Origin: Octopus vulgaris | Taxonomy: Eukaryota | Length of the DNA: 64,000 bases | Direction: 5' to 3' | Assembly (NCBI GenBank): GCA_951406725.2 | Contig: OX597843.1 | Span: forward strand, 1,550,001 to 1,614,000 | Part shown: in pieces, positions 1-12,052 of the stretch | Position numbering within the stretch: the stretch's first letter is position 1 | How the letters are laid out: every line of letters starts with the position of its first letter | Program-made: the position numbers and the translations under genes | Notes under the pieces: model-generated | What the model saw: only the letters and a program-made list of their open reading frames with translations | Told to the model about the DNA's origin: nothing | Databases searched by the model: none

Positions 1-159
1 CTGCGCATGCGCGGGTTGAGTACTGCATGCGCGAAAGAATAAGTCCTGAGTCGATCGATAAGCTGCTGCCATGAGTGAATGCGCGAAAGTGTGAATGCGC
101 ATGCGCGAAGGTGTGACTGCGCATGCGCGAACGTGTGAATGCGCATGCGCGAGAGCGCA

Positions 160-2020
160 TGGCCGCAGTGAAAGGTGCTCTAGCATGGCTGCAGTGAAAT
201 GACTGAAACAGATTAAAGAGAGTATATACAGGCACAGGAATGGCTGTGTGGAACCACATGATTCCGGGTTCAGTACTGGGCTTACAAAAGAATAAGTCCT
301 GGAGTCGAGTTGCTCGATTAAAGGCGGTGCTCCAGCATGGCCGCAGTGAAATGACTGAAACAGAGTAAAGAGAGTATATACAGGCACAGGAATGGCTGTG
401 TGGAACCACATGATTCCGGGTTCAGTACTGGGCTTACAAAAGAATAAGTCCTGGAGTCGAGTTGCTCGATTAAAGGCGCGTGTGAGCATGCGCATGGCGA
501 AAAAGTGGAGTGGCATCGCAGTGATGGCTGGGAACTGAAACCGCGATGGCAAAAGATAACTGGCAGGCGAAAGGATGAGTGCTGCATGGAACGTGAAATG
601 TGATCATGGTTCAGGTGGACTGGGACAACGTGTGACTGGAGCAAGATAAGTCCTGGAGTCGAGTTGCTCGATTAAAGTGTGCTGCAGCATGGCCGCAGTG
701 AAATGACTGAAACAGAGTAAAGAGAGTATATACAGGCACAGGAATGGCTGTGTGGAACCACATGATTCCGGGTTCAGTACTGGGCTTACAAAATAATAAG
801 TGACTGGAGTCGAGTTGCTCGATTAAAGGCGGTGCGCACTGCGCATGGCCGCAGTGAAATGACTGAAACAGAGTAAAGAGAGTATATACAGGCACAGGAA
901 TGGCTGTGTGGAACCACATGATTCCGGGTTCAGTACTGGGCTTACAAAAGAATAAGTCCTGGAGTCGAGTTGCTCGATTAAAGGCGGTGCTGCAGCATGG
1001 CCGCAGTGAAATGACTGAAACAGAGTAAAGAGAGTATATACAGGCACAGGAATGGCTGTGTGGAACCACATGATTCCGGGTTCAGTACTGGGCTTACAAA
1101 AGAATAAGTCCTGGAGTCGAGTTGCTCGATTAAAGGCGGTGCGACTGCGCATGGCCGCAGTGAAATGACTGAAACAGAGTAAAGAGAGTATATACAGGCA
1201 CAGGAATGGATGTGTGGAACCACATGATTCCGGGTTCAGTACTGGGCTTACAAAAGAATAAGTCCTGGAGTCGAGTTGCTCGATTAAAGGCGGTGCGACT
1301 GAGCATGGCCGCAGTGAAATGACTGAAACAGAGTAAAGAGAGTATATACAGGCACAGGAATGACTGTGTGGAACCACATGATTCCGGGTTCAGTACTGGG
1401 CTTACAAAAGAATAAGTCCTGGAGTCGAGTTGCTCGTTTAAAGGCGGTGCTCCAGCATGGCCGCAGTGAAATGACTGAAACAGAGTAAAGAGAGTATATA
1501 CAGGCACAGGAATGGCTGTGTGGAACCACATGATTCCGGGTTCAGTACTGGGCTTACAAAAGAATAAGTCCTGGAGTCGAGTTGCTCGATTAAAGAAGGT
1601 GCGACTGCGCATGGCCGCAGTGAAATGACTGAAACAGAGTAAAGAGAGTATATACAGGCACAGGAATGGCTGTGTGGAACCACATGATTCCGGGTTCAGT
1701 ACTGGGCTTACAAAATAATAAGTACTGGAGTCGAGTTGCTCGATTAAAGGCGGTGCTCCAGCATGGCCGCAGTGAAATGACTGAAACAGAGTAAAGAGAG
1801 TATATACAGGCACAGGAATGGCTGTGTGAACCACATGATTCCGGGTTCAGTACTGGGCTTACAAAAGAATAAGTCCTGGAGTCGAGTTGCTCGATTAAAG
1901 GCGGTGCTGCAGCATGGCCGCAGTGAAATGACTGAAACAGAGTAAAGAGAGTATATACAGGCACAGGAATGGCTGTGTGGAACCACATGATTCCGGGTTC
2001 AGTACTGGGCTTACAAAAGA
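160..2020 (+). repeat. 152/154-bp tandem monomer array (mini-SINE satellite)
   Basis: Unit ggcacaggaatggctgtgtggaaccacatgattccgggttcagtactgggcttacaaaagaataagtcctggagtcgagttgctcgattaaaggcggtgctgcagcatggccgcagtgaaatgactgaaacagagtaaagagagtatataca recurs every 152-154 bp; garbled at ~480-640. Confidence 0.95.
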
Positions 2021-2095
2021 ATATATATACGATGGTCTTCTTTCAGTTCCGTCTACCAAATCAACTCACAAGGCTTTGGTCGGCCCAATGTGCCA

Positions 2096-3710
2096 CGCAT
2101 GCGCGAAAGTGTGACTGCGCATGCGTTAACGTGTGACTGCGCATGCGCGAAAGTGTGAATGCGCATGCGCGAAAATGTTAGTGCGCATGCGCGAACGTGT
2201 GACTGCGCATGCGCGGAACGTGTGAATGCGCATGCGCGAACGTGTGACTGCGCATGCGCGGAAGTTTGAATGCGCATGCGCGAAAGTGTGACTGCGAATA
2301 AGCTAAAACGTGTGAACTGCGCATGCGCGAAAGTGTTAGAATGCGCATGCGCGAAGGTGTGACTGCGCATGCGCGAACGTGTGAATGCGCATGCGCGAGA
2401 GCGCATGGCCGCGAGTGAAATGACTGCAGAGTAAAGAGAGTATATACAGCGCACAGGAATGGCTGTGTGGAACCACATGCATTCGCGGGTTCAGTACTGG
2501 GCTTACAAAAGAATAAGTCCTGCGATGCGAGTTGCTTGCGATTAAAGTGTGACTGCGCATGCGCAATATGGCCGCATGCGCGAAGTGAAATGACTGAAAC
2601 AGAGTAAGAGAGTATATACAGGCACAGGAATGGCTGTGTGGAACCACATGATTCCGGGCGCATAGTACTGGGCTTACAAAAGAATATATATACGCATGCG
2701 TCTTCTTGTCAGTGCGCGTCTACGAAATCAACTGCGCATGCGCTAAAGTTTGGTCGGCGCGAAAGTGTGAGTGCGCATGCGCGAAAGTGTGACTGCGCAT
2801 GCGCGAACGTGTGAGTGCGCATGCGCGAATGTGTGAATGCGCATGCGCGAAAGTTTAGTGCGCATGCGCGAAAGTGTGACTGCGCATGCGCGGAACGTGT
2901 GACTGCGCATGCGCGAAAGTGCGACTGCGCATGCGCGAAAGTTTGAGTGCGCATGCGCGAAAGTGCGACTGCGCATGCGCGAACGTTTGACTGCGCATGC
3001 GCGGAAGTGTAAGTGCGCATGCGCGAAAGTGTTACTGCGCATGCGCGAACGTGTGAATGCGCATGCGGAACGTGTGACTGCGCATGCGCGAAAGTGTGAG
3101 TGCGCATGCGCGAAAGTGTTACTGCGCATGCGCGAACGTGTGAATGCGCATGCGCGGAAGTGCGACTGTGCGCATGCGCGAACGTGTGACTGCGCATGCG
3201 CGAACGTGTGACTGCGCATGCGCGGAAGTGTGAGTGCGCATGCGCGAAAGTGTGACTGCGCATGCGCGAACGTTTGACTGCGCATGCGCGAAAGTGTGAG
3301 TGCGCATGCGCGAAAGTTTAACTGCGCATGCGCGAAAGTGTGAATGCGCATGCGCGAAAATGAGTGTGCATGCGCGAAAGTTTAACTGCGCATGCGCGAA
3401 AGTGTGACTGCGCATGCGCGAACGTGTGACTGCGCATGCGCAAATTATTAACTGCGCATGCGCGAACGTGTGACTGCGCATGCGCAAAAGTGTGACTGCG
3501 CATGCGCGAAAATGTTATTGCGCATGCGCGAACGTGTGAATGCGCATGCGCGAACGTGTGACTGCGCATGCGCGGAAGTGTGAGTGCGCATGCGCGAAAG
3601 TGCGACTGCGAATAAGCTAAAGTGTGAATGCGCATGCGCGAAAGTGTGAATGCGCATGCGCGAAGGTGTGACTGCGCATGCGCGAACGTGTGAATGCGCA
3701 TGCGCGAGAG
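2096..3710 (+). repeat. 22-bp minisatellite (gtgtgactgcgcatgcgcgaa[a/c])n, interrupted at ~2400-2755 by hybrid 152-mer sequence
   Basis: Direct reading of tandem units with constant core tgcgcatgcgcg. Confidence 0.93.
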
Positions 3711-4738
3711 CGCATGGCCGCAGTGAAATGACTAAAACAGAGTAAAGAGAGTATATACAGGCACAGGAATGGCTGTGTGGAACCACATGATTCCGGGTTC
3801 AGTACTGGGCTTACAAAAGAATAAGTCCTGGAGTCGAGTTGCTCGATTAAAGGCGGTGCTGCAGCATGGCCACAGTGAAATGACTGAAACAGAGTAAAGA
3901 GAGTATATACAGGCACAGGAATGGCTGTGTGGAACCACATGATTCCGGGTTCAGTACTGGGCTTACAAAATAATAAGTCCTGGAGTCGAGTTGCTCGATT
4001 AAAGGCGGTGCGACTGCGCATGGCCGCAGTGAAATGACTGAAACAGAGTAAAGAGAGTATATACAGGCACAGGAATGGCTGTGTGGAACCACATGATTCC
4101 GGGTTCAGTACTGGGCTTACAAAAGAATAAGTCCTGGAGTCGAGTTGCTCGATTAAAGGCGGTGCTGCAGCATGGCCGCAGTGAAATGACTGAAACAGAG
4201 TAAAGAGAGTATATACAGGCACAGGAATGGCTGTGTGGAACCACATGATTCCGGGTTCAGTACTGGGCTTACAAAAGAATAAGTCCTGGAGTCGAGTTGC
4301 TCGATTAAAGGCGGTGCTCCAGCATGGCCGCAGTGAAATGACTGAAACAGAGTAAAGAGAGTATATACAGGCACAGGAATGGCTGTGTGGAACCAACATG
4401 ATTCCGGGTTCAGTACTGGGCTTACAAAAGAATAAGTCCTGGAGTCGAGTTGCTCGATTAAAGGCGGTGTGACTGCGCATGGCCGCAGTGAAATGACTGA
4501 AACAGAGTAAAGAGAGTATATACAGGCACAGGAATGGCTGTGTGGAACCACATGATTCCGGGTTCAGTACTGGGCTTACAAAAGATTAAGTCCTGGAGTC
4601 GAGTTGCTCGATTAAAGGCGGTGCTGCAGCATGGCCGCAGTGAAATGACTGAAACAGAGTAAAGAGAGTATATACAGGCACAGGAATGGCTGTGTGGAAC
4701 CACATGATTCCGGGTTCAGTACTGGGCTTACAAAAGAA
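3711..4738 (+). repeat. 152-bp monomer array
   Basis: About 6.7 tandem copies of the same monomer. Confidence 0.95.
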
Positions 4739-4814
4739 TATATATACGATGGTCTTCTTTCAGTTTCCGTCTACCAAATCAACTCACAAGGCTTTGGTCG
4801 GCCCAAGGTGCCAC

Positions 4815-5505
4815 GCATGCGCGAAAGTGTGACTGCGCATGCGTTAACGTGTGACTGCGCGAAAGTGTGCTGCGCCTGCGCGAAAGTGTGAATGCGCATG
4901 CGCGAAAATGTTAGTGCGCATGCGCGAACGTGTGACTGCGCATGCGCGGAAAGTTTGAATGCGCATGCGCGAAAGTGCGACTGCGCATGCGCGAAAGTGT
5001 GACTGCGCATGCGCGAAAGTGTGAGTGCGCATGCGCGAACGTGTGAGTGCGCATGCGCGAAAGTGTAACTGCGCATGCGCGAAAGTGTTACTGCGCATGC
5101 GCAACGTGTGACTGCGCATGCGCGAAAGTGTGAGTGCGCATGCGCGGAAGTGTAAGTGCGCATGCGCGAAAGTGTCGACTGCGCATGCGCGAACGTGTGA
5201 CTGCGCATGCGCGAACGTGTGACTGCGCATGCGCAAAAGTGTAACTGCGCATGCGCGAACGTGTGACTGCGCATGCGCAAACGTTTGACTGCGCATGCGC
5301 GAAAGTGTGATTGCGCATGCGCGAAAGTGTTACTGCGCATGCGCGAACGTGTGAATGCGCATGCGCGGAAAGTGTGAGTGCGCATGCGCGAAAGTGCGAC
5401 TGCGCAATAAGCGAAAGTGTGAATGCGCATGCGCGAAAGTGTGAATGCGCATACGCGAAGGTGTGACTGCGCATGCGCGAACGTGTGAATGCGCATGCGC
5501 GAGAG
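4815..5505 (+). repeat. 22-bp GCGCATGCGC minisatellite block
   Basis: Tandem 22-mers with the same start and end variants as the other blocks. Confidence 0.95.
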
Positions 5506-6682
5506 CGCATGGCCGCAGTGAAATGACTAAAACAGAGTAAAGAGAGTATATACAGGCACAGGAATGGCTGTGTGGAACCACATGATTCCGGGTTCAGTAC
5601 TGGGCTTACAAAAGAATAAGTCCTGGAGTCGAGTTGCTCGATTAAAGGCGGTGCTGCAGCATGGCCGCAGTGAAATGACTGAAACAGAGTAAAGAGAGTA
5701 TATACAGGCACAGGAATGGCTGTGTGGAACCACATGATTCCGGGTTCAGTACGGGGCTTACAAAATATTAAGTCCTGGAGTCGAGTTGCTCGATTAAAGG
5801 CGGTGCGACTGCGCATGGCCGCAGTGAAATGACTGAAACAGAGTAAAGAGAGTATATACAGGCACAGGAATGGCTGTGTGGAACCACATGATTCCGGGTT
5901 CAGTACTGGGCTTACAAAAGAATAAGTCCTGGAGTCGAGTTGCTCGATTAAAGGCGGTGCTGCAGCATGGCCGCAGTGAAATGACTGAAACAGAGTAAAG
6001 AGAGTATATACAGGCACAGGAATGGCTGTGTGGAACCACATGATTCCGGGTTCAGTACTGGGCTTACAAAAGAATAAGTCCTGGTGTCGAGTTGCTCGAT
6101 TAAAGAAGGTGCTCTAGCATGGCTGCAGTGAAATGACTGAAACAGATGAAACAGAGTATATACAGGCACAGGAATGGCTGTGTGGAACCACATGATTCCG
6201 GGTTCAGTACTGGGCTTACAAAAGAATAAGTCCTGGAGTCGAGTTGCTCGATTAAAGAAGGTGCTCTAGCATGGCTGCAGTGAAATGACTGAAACAGAGT
6301 AAAGAGAGTATATACAGGCACAGGAATGGCTGTGTGGAACCACATGATTCCGGGTTCAGTACTGGGCTTACAAAATAATAAGTCCTGGAGTCGAGTTGCT
6401 CGATTAAAGGCGGTGCGACTGCGCATGGCCGCAGTGAAATGACTGAAACAGAGTAAAGAGAGTATATACAGGCACAGGAATGGCTGTGTGAACCACATGA
6501 TTCCGGGTTCAGTACTGGGCTTACAAAAGAATAAGTCCTGGAGTCGAGTTGCTCGATTAAAGGCGGTGCTGCAGCATGGCCGCAGTGAAATGACTGAAAC
6601 AGAGTAAAGAGAGTATATACAGGCACAGGAATGGCTGTGTGGAACCACATGATTCCGGGTTCAGTACTGGGCTTACAAAAGA
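5506..6682 (+). repeat. 152-bp monomer array
   Basis: About 7.7 tandem copies. Confidence 0.95.
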
Positions 6683-6756
6683 ATATATATACGATGGTCT
6701 TCTTTCAGTTTCCGTCTACCAAATCAACTCACGGCCCAAGGCTTTGGTCGGCCCAA

Positions 6757-7357
6757 AGTGTGAATGCGCATGCGCGAAAATGGTGCCACGCAGCGCGGAA
6801 GTGTGGTGCGCATGCGCGAAAGTGCGACTGCGCATGCGCGTGAATGCGCATGCGCGAAAGTGTGAGTGCGCATGCGCGAAAGTGTGACTGCGCATGCGCG
6901 AAAGTGTGAATGCGCATGCGCGAGAGTGTGAGTGCGCATGCGCGAAAGTGTAACTGCGCATGCGCGAAAGTGTGACTGCGCATGCGTCAACGTGTGACTG
7001 CGCATACGCGAACGTGTGACTGCGCATGCGCGAAAGTGTGAGTGCGCATGCGCGAAGGTGCGACTGCGCATGCGCGAACGTGTGACTGCGCATGCGCGGA
7101 AGTGTAAGTGCGCATGCGCGAAAGTGCGACTGCGCATGCGTTAACGTGTGACTGCGCATGCGCGAAAGTGTGAGTGCGCATGCGCGAAAGTGTTACTGCG
7201 CATGCGCGAACGTGTGAATGCGCATGCGTGGAAGTGTGAGTGCGCATGCGCGAAGGTGCGACTGTGCATGCGCGAACGTGTGACTGCACATGCGTGGAAG
7301 TGTAAGTGCGCATGCGCGAAAGTTCGACTGCGCATGCGCGAAAGTGTGAGTGCGCAG
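6757..7357 (+). repeat. 22-bp GCGCATGCGC minisatellite block
   Basis: Tandem 22-mers ending at the inversion junction ...gtgagtgcgcagt|ctgtgcctgtat. Confidence 0.95.
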
Positions 7358-7358
7358 T

Positions 7359-10300
7359 CTGTGCCTGTATATACTCTCTTTACTCTGTTTCAGTCATTTC
7401 ACTGCGGCCATGCTGCAGCACCGCCTTTAATCGAGCAACTCGACTCCAGGACTTATTCTTTTGTAAGCCCAGTACTGAACCCGGAATCATGTGGTTCCAC
7501 ACAGCCATTCCTGTGCCTGTATATACTCTCTTTACTCTGTTTCAGTCATTTCACTGCGGCCATGCTGGAGCACCTTCTTTAATCGAGCAACTCGACTCCA
7601 GGACTTATTCTTTTGTAAGCCCAGTACTGAACCAGGAATCATGTTGTTCCACACAGCAAATCCTCTGCCTGTATATACTCTCTTTACTCTGTTTCAGTCA
7701 TTTCACTGCGGCCATGCGCTCTCGCGCATGCGCATTCACACGTTCGCGCATGCGCAGTCACACCTTCGCGCATGCGCATTCACACTTTCGCGCATGCGCA
7801 TTCACACTTTAGCTTATTCGCAGTCGCACTTTCGCGCATGCGCACTCACACTTTTGCGCATGCGCAGTCACACGTTCGCGCATGCGCAGTCACACGTTCG
7901 CGCATGCGCAGTTACAATTTTGCGCATGCGCAGTCACACGTTCGCGCATGCGCAGTCACACTTTCGCGCATGCGCAGTTAAACTTTCGCGCATGCGCACT
8001 CACACTTTCGCGCATGCGCATTCACACGTTCGCGCATGCGCACTCACACTTTCGCGCATGCGCAGTCAAACGTTCGCGCATGCGCAGTCACACGTTAACG
8101 CATGCGCAGTCGCACTTTCGCGCATGCGCACTAACACTTCCGCGCATGCGCAGTCACACGTTCGCGCATGCGCAGTCGCACCTTCGCGCATGCGCACTCA
8201 CACTTCCGCGCATGCGCATTCACACGTTCGCGCATGCGCAGTAACACTTTCGCGCATGCGCACTCACACTTTCGCGCATGCGCAGTCAAACGTTCGCGCA
8301 TGCGCAGTCACACGTTAACGCATGCGCAGTCGCACTTTCGCGCATGCGCACTTACACTTCCGCGCATACGCAGCAACACGTTCGCGCATGCGCAGTCGCA
8401 GCTTCGCGCATGCGCACTCACACTTCCGCGCATGCGCAGTCACACGTTCGCGCATGCGCAGTCACACGTTGACGCATGCGCAGTCACACTTTCGCGCATG
8501 CGCAGTTACACTTTCGGGCATGCACACTCACACTCTCGCGCATGCGCATTCACACGTTCGCGCATGCGCAGTCACACTTTCGCGCATGCGCACTCACACT
8601 TTCGCGCATGCGCATTCAAACTTTAGCGCATGCGCAGTCGCACTTTCGCGCATGCGCACTCACACTTCCGCGCATGCGCAGTCACACGTTCGCGCATGCG
8701 CACTAACATTTTCGCGCATGCGCATTCACACTTTCGCGCCGGCGCAGTCACACGTTAACGCATGCGCAGTCACACATTCGCGCATGCGTGGCACCTTGGG
8801 CCGACCAAAGCCTTGTGAGTTGATTTGGTAGACGGAAACTGAAAGAAGACCATCGTATATATATTCTTTTGTAAGCCCAGTACTGAACCCGGAATCATGT
8901 GGTTCCACACAGCCATTCCTGTGCCTGTATATACTCTCTTTACTCTGTTTCAGTCATTTCACTGCGGCCATGCTGCAGCACCGCCTTTAATCGAGCAACT
9001 CGTCTCCAGGACTTATTCTTTTGTAAGCCCAGTACTGAACCCGGAATCATGTTGTTCCACACACCAAATCCTGTGCCTGTATATACTCTCTTTACTCTGT
9101 TTCAGTCATTTCACTGCGGCCATGCTGGAGCACCTTCTTTAATCGAGCAACTCGACTCCAGGACTTATTCTTTTGTAAGCCCAGTACTGAACCCGGAATC
9201 ATGTTGTTCCACACAGCCATTCCTGTGCCTGTATATACTCTCTTTACTCTGTTTCAGTCATTTCACTGCGGCCATGCTGGAGCACCGCCTTTAATCGAGC
9301 AACTCGACTCCAGGACTTATTCTTTTGTAAGCCCAGTACTGAACCCGGAATCATGTGGTTCCACACAGCCATTCCTGTGCCTGTATATACTCTCTTTACT
9401 CTGTTTCAGTCATTTCACTGCGGCCATGCTGGAGCACCGCCATTAATCGAGCAACTCGACACCAGGACTTATTCTTTTGTAAGCCCAGTACTGAACCCGG
9501 AATCATGTGGTTCCACACAGCCATTCCTGTGCCTGTATATACTCTCTTTACTCTGTTTCAGTCATTTCACTGCGGCCATGCTGCAGCACCGCCTTTAATC
9601 GAGCAACTCGACTCCAGGACTTATTCTTTTGTAAGCCCAGTACTGAACCGGAATCATGTGGTTCCACACAGCCATTCCTGTGCCTGTATATACTCTCTTT
9701 ACTCTGTTTCAGTCATTTCACTGCGGCCATGCGCTCTCGCGCATGCGCATTCACACGTTCGCGCATGCGCAGTCACAACTTCGCGCATGCGCATTCACAC
9801 TTTCGCGCATGCGCATTCACACTTTCGCTTATGCGCAGTCACACTTTCGCGCATGCGCACTCACACGTTCGCGCATGCGCAGTCACACGTTCGCGCATGC
9901 GCATTCACACGTTCGCGCATGCGCAATCTCACCTTCGCGCATGCGCAATAACATTTTCGCGCATGCGCAGTCACACGTTCGCGCATGCGCAGTCACACGT
10001 TCGCGCATGCGCAGTTACACGTTTGCGCATGCGCAGTCACACGTTCGCGCATGCGCAGTCACACTTTCGCGCATGCGCAGTTAAACTTTCGCGCATGCGC
10101 ACTCACACTTTCGCGCATGCGCATTCACACGTTCGCGCATGCGCAGTAACACTTTCGCGCATGCGCACTCACACTTTCGCGCATGCGCAGTCAAACGTTC
10201 GCGCATGCGCAGTCACACGTTAACGCATGCGCAGTTGCACTTTCGCGCATGCGCACTAACACTTCCGCGCATGCGCAGTCACACGTTCGCGCATGCGCAG

Positions 10301-11651
10301 TCGCACCTTCGCGCATGCGCACTAACACTTTCGCGCATGCGCACCAACACGTTCGCGCATGCGCAGTCTCACCTTCGCGCATGCGCACTCACACTTTCGC
10401 GCATGCGCAGTCAAACGTTCGCGCATGCGCAGTCACACGTTAACGCATGCGCAGTCGCACTTTCGCGCATGCGCACTTACACTTCCGCGCATGCGCAGTC
10501 ACACGTTCGCGCATGCGCAGTCGCACCTTCGCGCATGCGCACTCACACTTCCGCGCATGCGCAGTCACACGTTCGCGCATGCGCAGTCACACGTTGACGC
10601 ATGCGCAGTCACACTTTCGCGCATGCGCAGTTACACTTTCGCGCATGCGCACTCACACTCTCGCGCATGCGCATTCACACTTTCGCGCATGCGCACTCAC
10701 ACTTTCGCGCATGCGCATTCACACTTTAGCGCATGCGCAGTCGCACTTTCGCGCATGCGCACTCACACTTCCGCGCATGCGCAGTCACACGTTCGCGCAT
10801 GCGCACTAACATTTTCGCGCATGCGCATTCACACTTTCGCGCAGGCGCAGTCACAGGTTAACGCATGCGCAGTCACACTTTCGCGCATGCGTGGCACCTT
10901 TGGCCGACCAAAGCCTTGTGAGTTGATTTGGTAGACGGAAACTGAAAGAAGACCATCGTATATATATTCTTTTGTAAGCCCAGTACTGAACCCGGAATCA
11001 TGTGGTTCCACACAGCCATTCCTGTGCCTGTATATACTCTCTTTACTCTCTTTCAGTCATTTCACTGCGGCCATGCTGCAGCACCGCCTTTAATCGAGCA
11101 ACTCGACTCCAGGACTTATTATTTTGTAAGCCCAGTACTGAACCCGGAATCATGTGGTTCCACACAGCCATTCCTGTGCCTGTATATACTCTCTTTACTC
11201 TGTTTCAGTCATTTCACTGCGGCCATGCTGCAGCACCTTCTTTAATCGAGCAACTCGACTCCAGGACTTATTCTTTTGTAAGGCCAGTACTGAACCCGGA
11301 ATCATGTTGTTCCACACAGCAAATCCTGTGCCTGTATATACTCTCTTTACTCTGTTTCAGTCATTTCACTGCGGCCATGCTGGAGCACCGCCTTTAATCG
11401 AGCAACTCGACTCCAGGACTTATTCTTTTGTAAGCCCAGTACTGAACCCGGAATCATGTGGTTCCACACAGCCATTCCTGTGCCTGTATATACTCTCTTT
11501 ACTCTGTTTCAGTCATTTCACTGCGGCCATGCTGCAGCACCGCCTTTAATCGAGCAACTCGACTCCAGGACTTATTCTTTTGTAAGCCCAGTACTGAACC
11601 CGGAATCATGTGGTTCCACAGAGCCATTCCTGTGCCTGTATATACTCTCTT
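7359..11651 (-). repeat. Inverted block of the composite satellite (152-mers 7359-7715, 8864-9732, 10967-11651; 22-mers 7716-8788, 9733-10891)
   Basis: All units are the reverse complement of those in 1-7357. Confidence 0.95.
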
Positions 11652-11766
11652 GTGTGACTGCGCATGCGCGAACGTGTGACTGTGCATGCGCCAAAGTAAG
11701 ACTGCGCATGCGCTAAAGTTTGACTGCGCATGCGCGAACGTGTGACTGCGCATGCGCGAACGTGTG

Positions 11767-12052
11767 GGAAGAAGGGGGAGAAGCAACATAGGTGCAGGTG
11801 TGACCATGGACGCCAACTCCGCCGCCATCGTCACACGAAAATATATGCGTTAAAATGGAAAAAAATGATGTTAAATTATTTTTATATCGTAGACTCATCG
11901 TAGACGCGCGCTAATACCCAGAAGGGCTCGATATGAATCACGACTACAAGATACCCGCTTTTGGTTAAACTGCACCGCAAAATGTGGGAGTATTTAGGAA
12001 TTTAAATCGTAGGAGACAGACACTCACACAACTACTGTTTTATATATATAGA
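11767..12052 (-). mobile_element. 5' part of non-autonomous Helitron running into the 22-bp minisatellite (copies end at 15083 and 18120)
   Basis: Minus strand starts A|TCTATATATATAAAACAGTAGTTGTGTG; ~190 bp are homologous to the 5' end of the complete Helitron at 12188. Confidence 0.75.

Larger units (their letters stand above)
1..11766. repeat. Composite higher-order satellite: blocks of ~152-bp SINE-derived monomer alternating with 22-bp GCGCATGCGC minisatellite blocks
   Basis: Repeating order [152-mer]n - ~75-bp linker (atatatatacgatggtcttctttcagtttccgtctacc...ggtcggcccaaggtgccac) - [22-mer]n. Linkers at ~2021, ~4739, ~6683 (+) and ~8789-8863, ~10892-10966 (reverse complement). Confidence 0.95.

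Noticed and set aside
478-645. Apparently unique insert within the 152-mer array; similar hybrids at 1-180 and 2400-2760
   Set aside because: Reads as an interleaved blend of 152-mer and 22-mer sequence, most likely a consensus or polishing artefact; no independent feature is supportable.
2096-10891. CRISPR-like array (constant palindromic core plus variable spacer)
   Set aside because: Linkers are only ~10 bp and are variants of one consensus rather than unique spacers; eukaryotic context with no cas genes.
318-11700. Many ORFs (MWFHTAIPVP..., AHAQSH repeats)
   Set aside because: Translations of 152-bp and 22-bp repeats; unit lengths are not multiples of 3, all frames look alike, and no domain is present.
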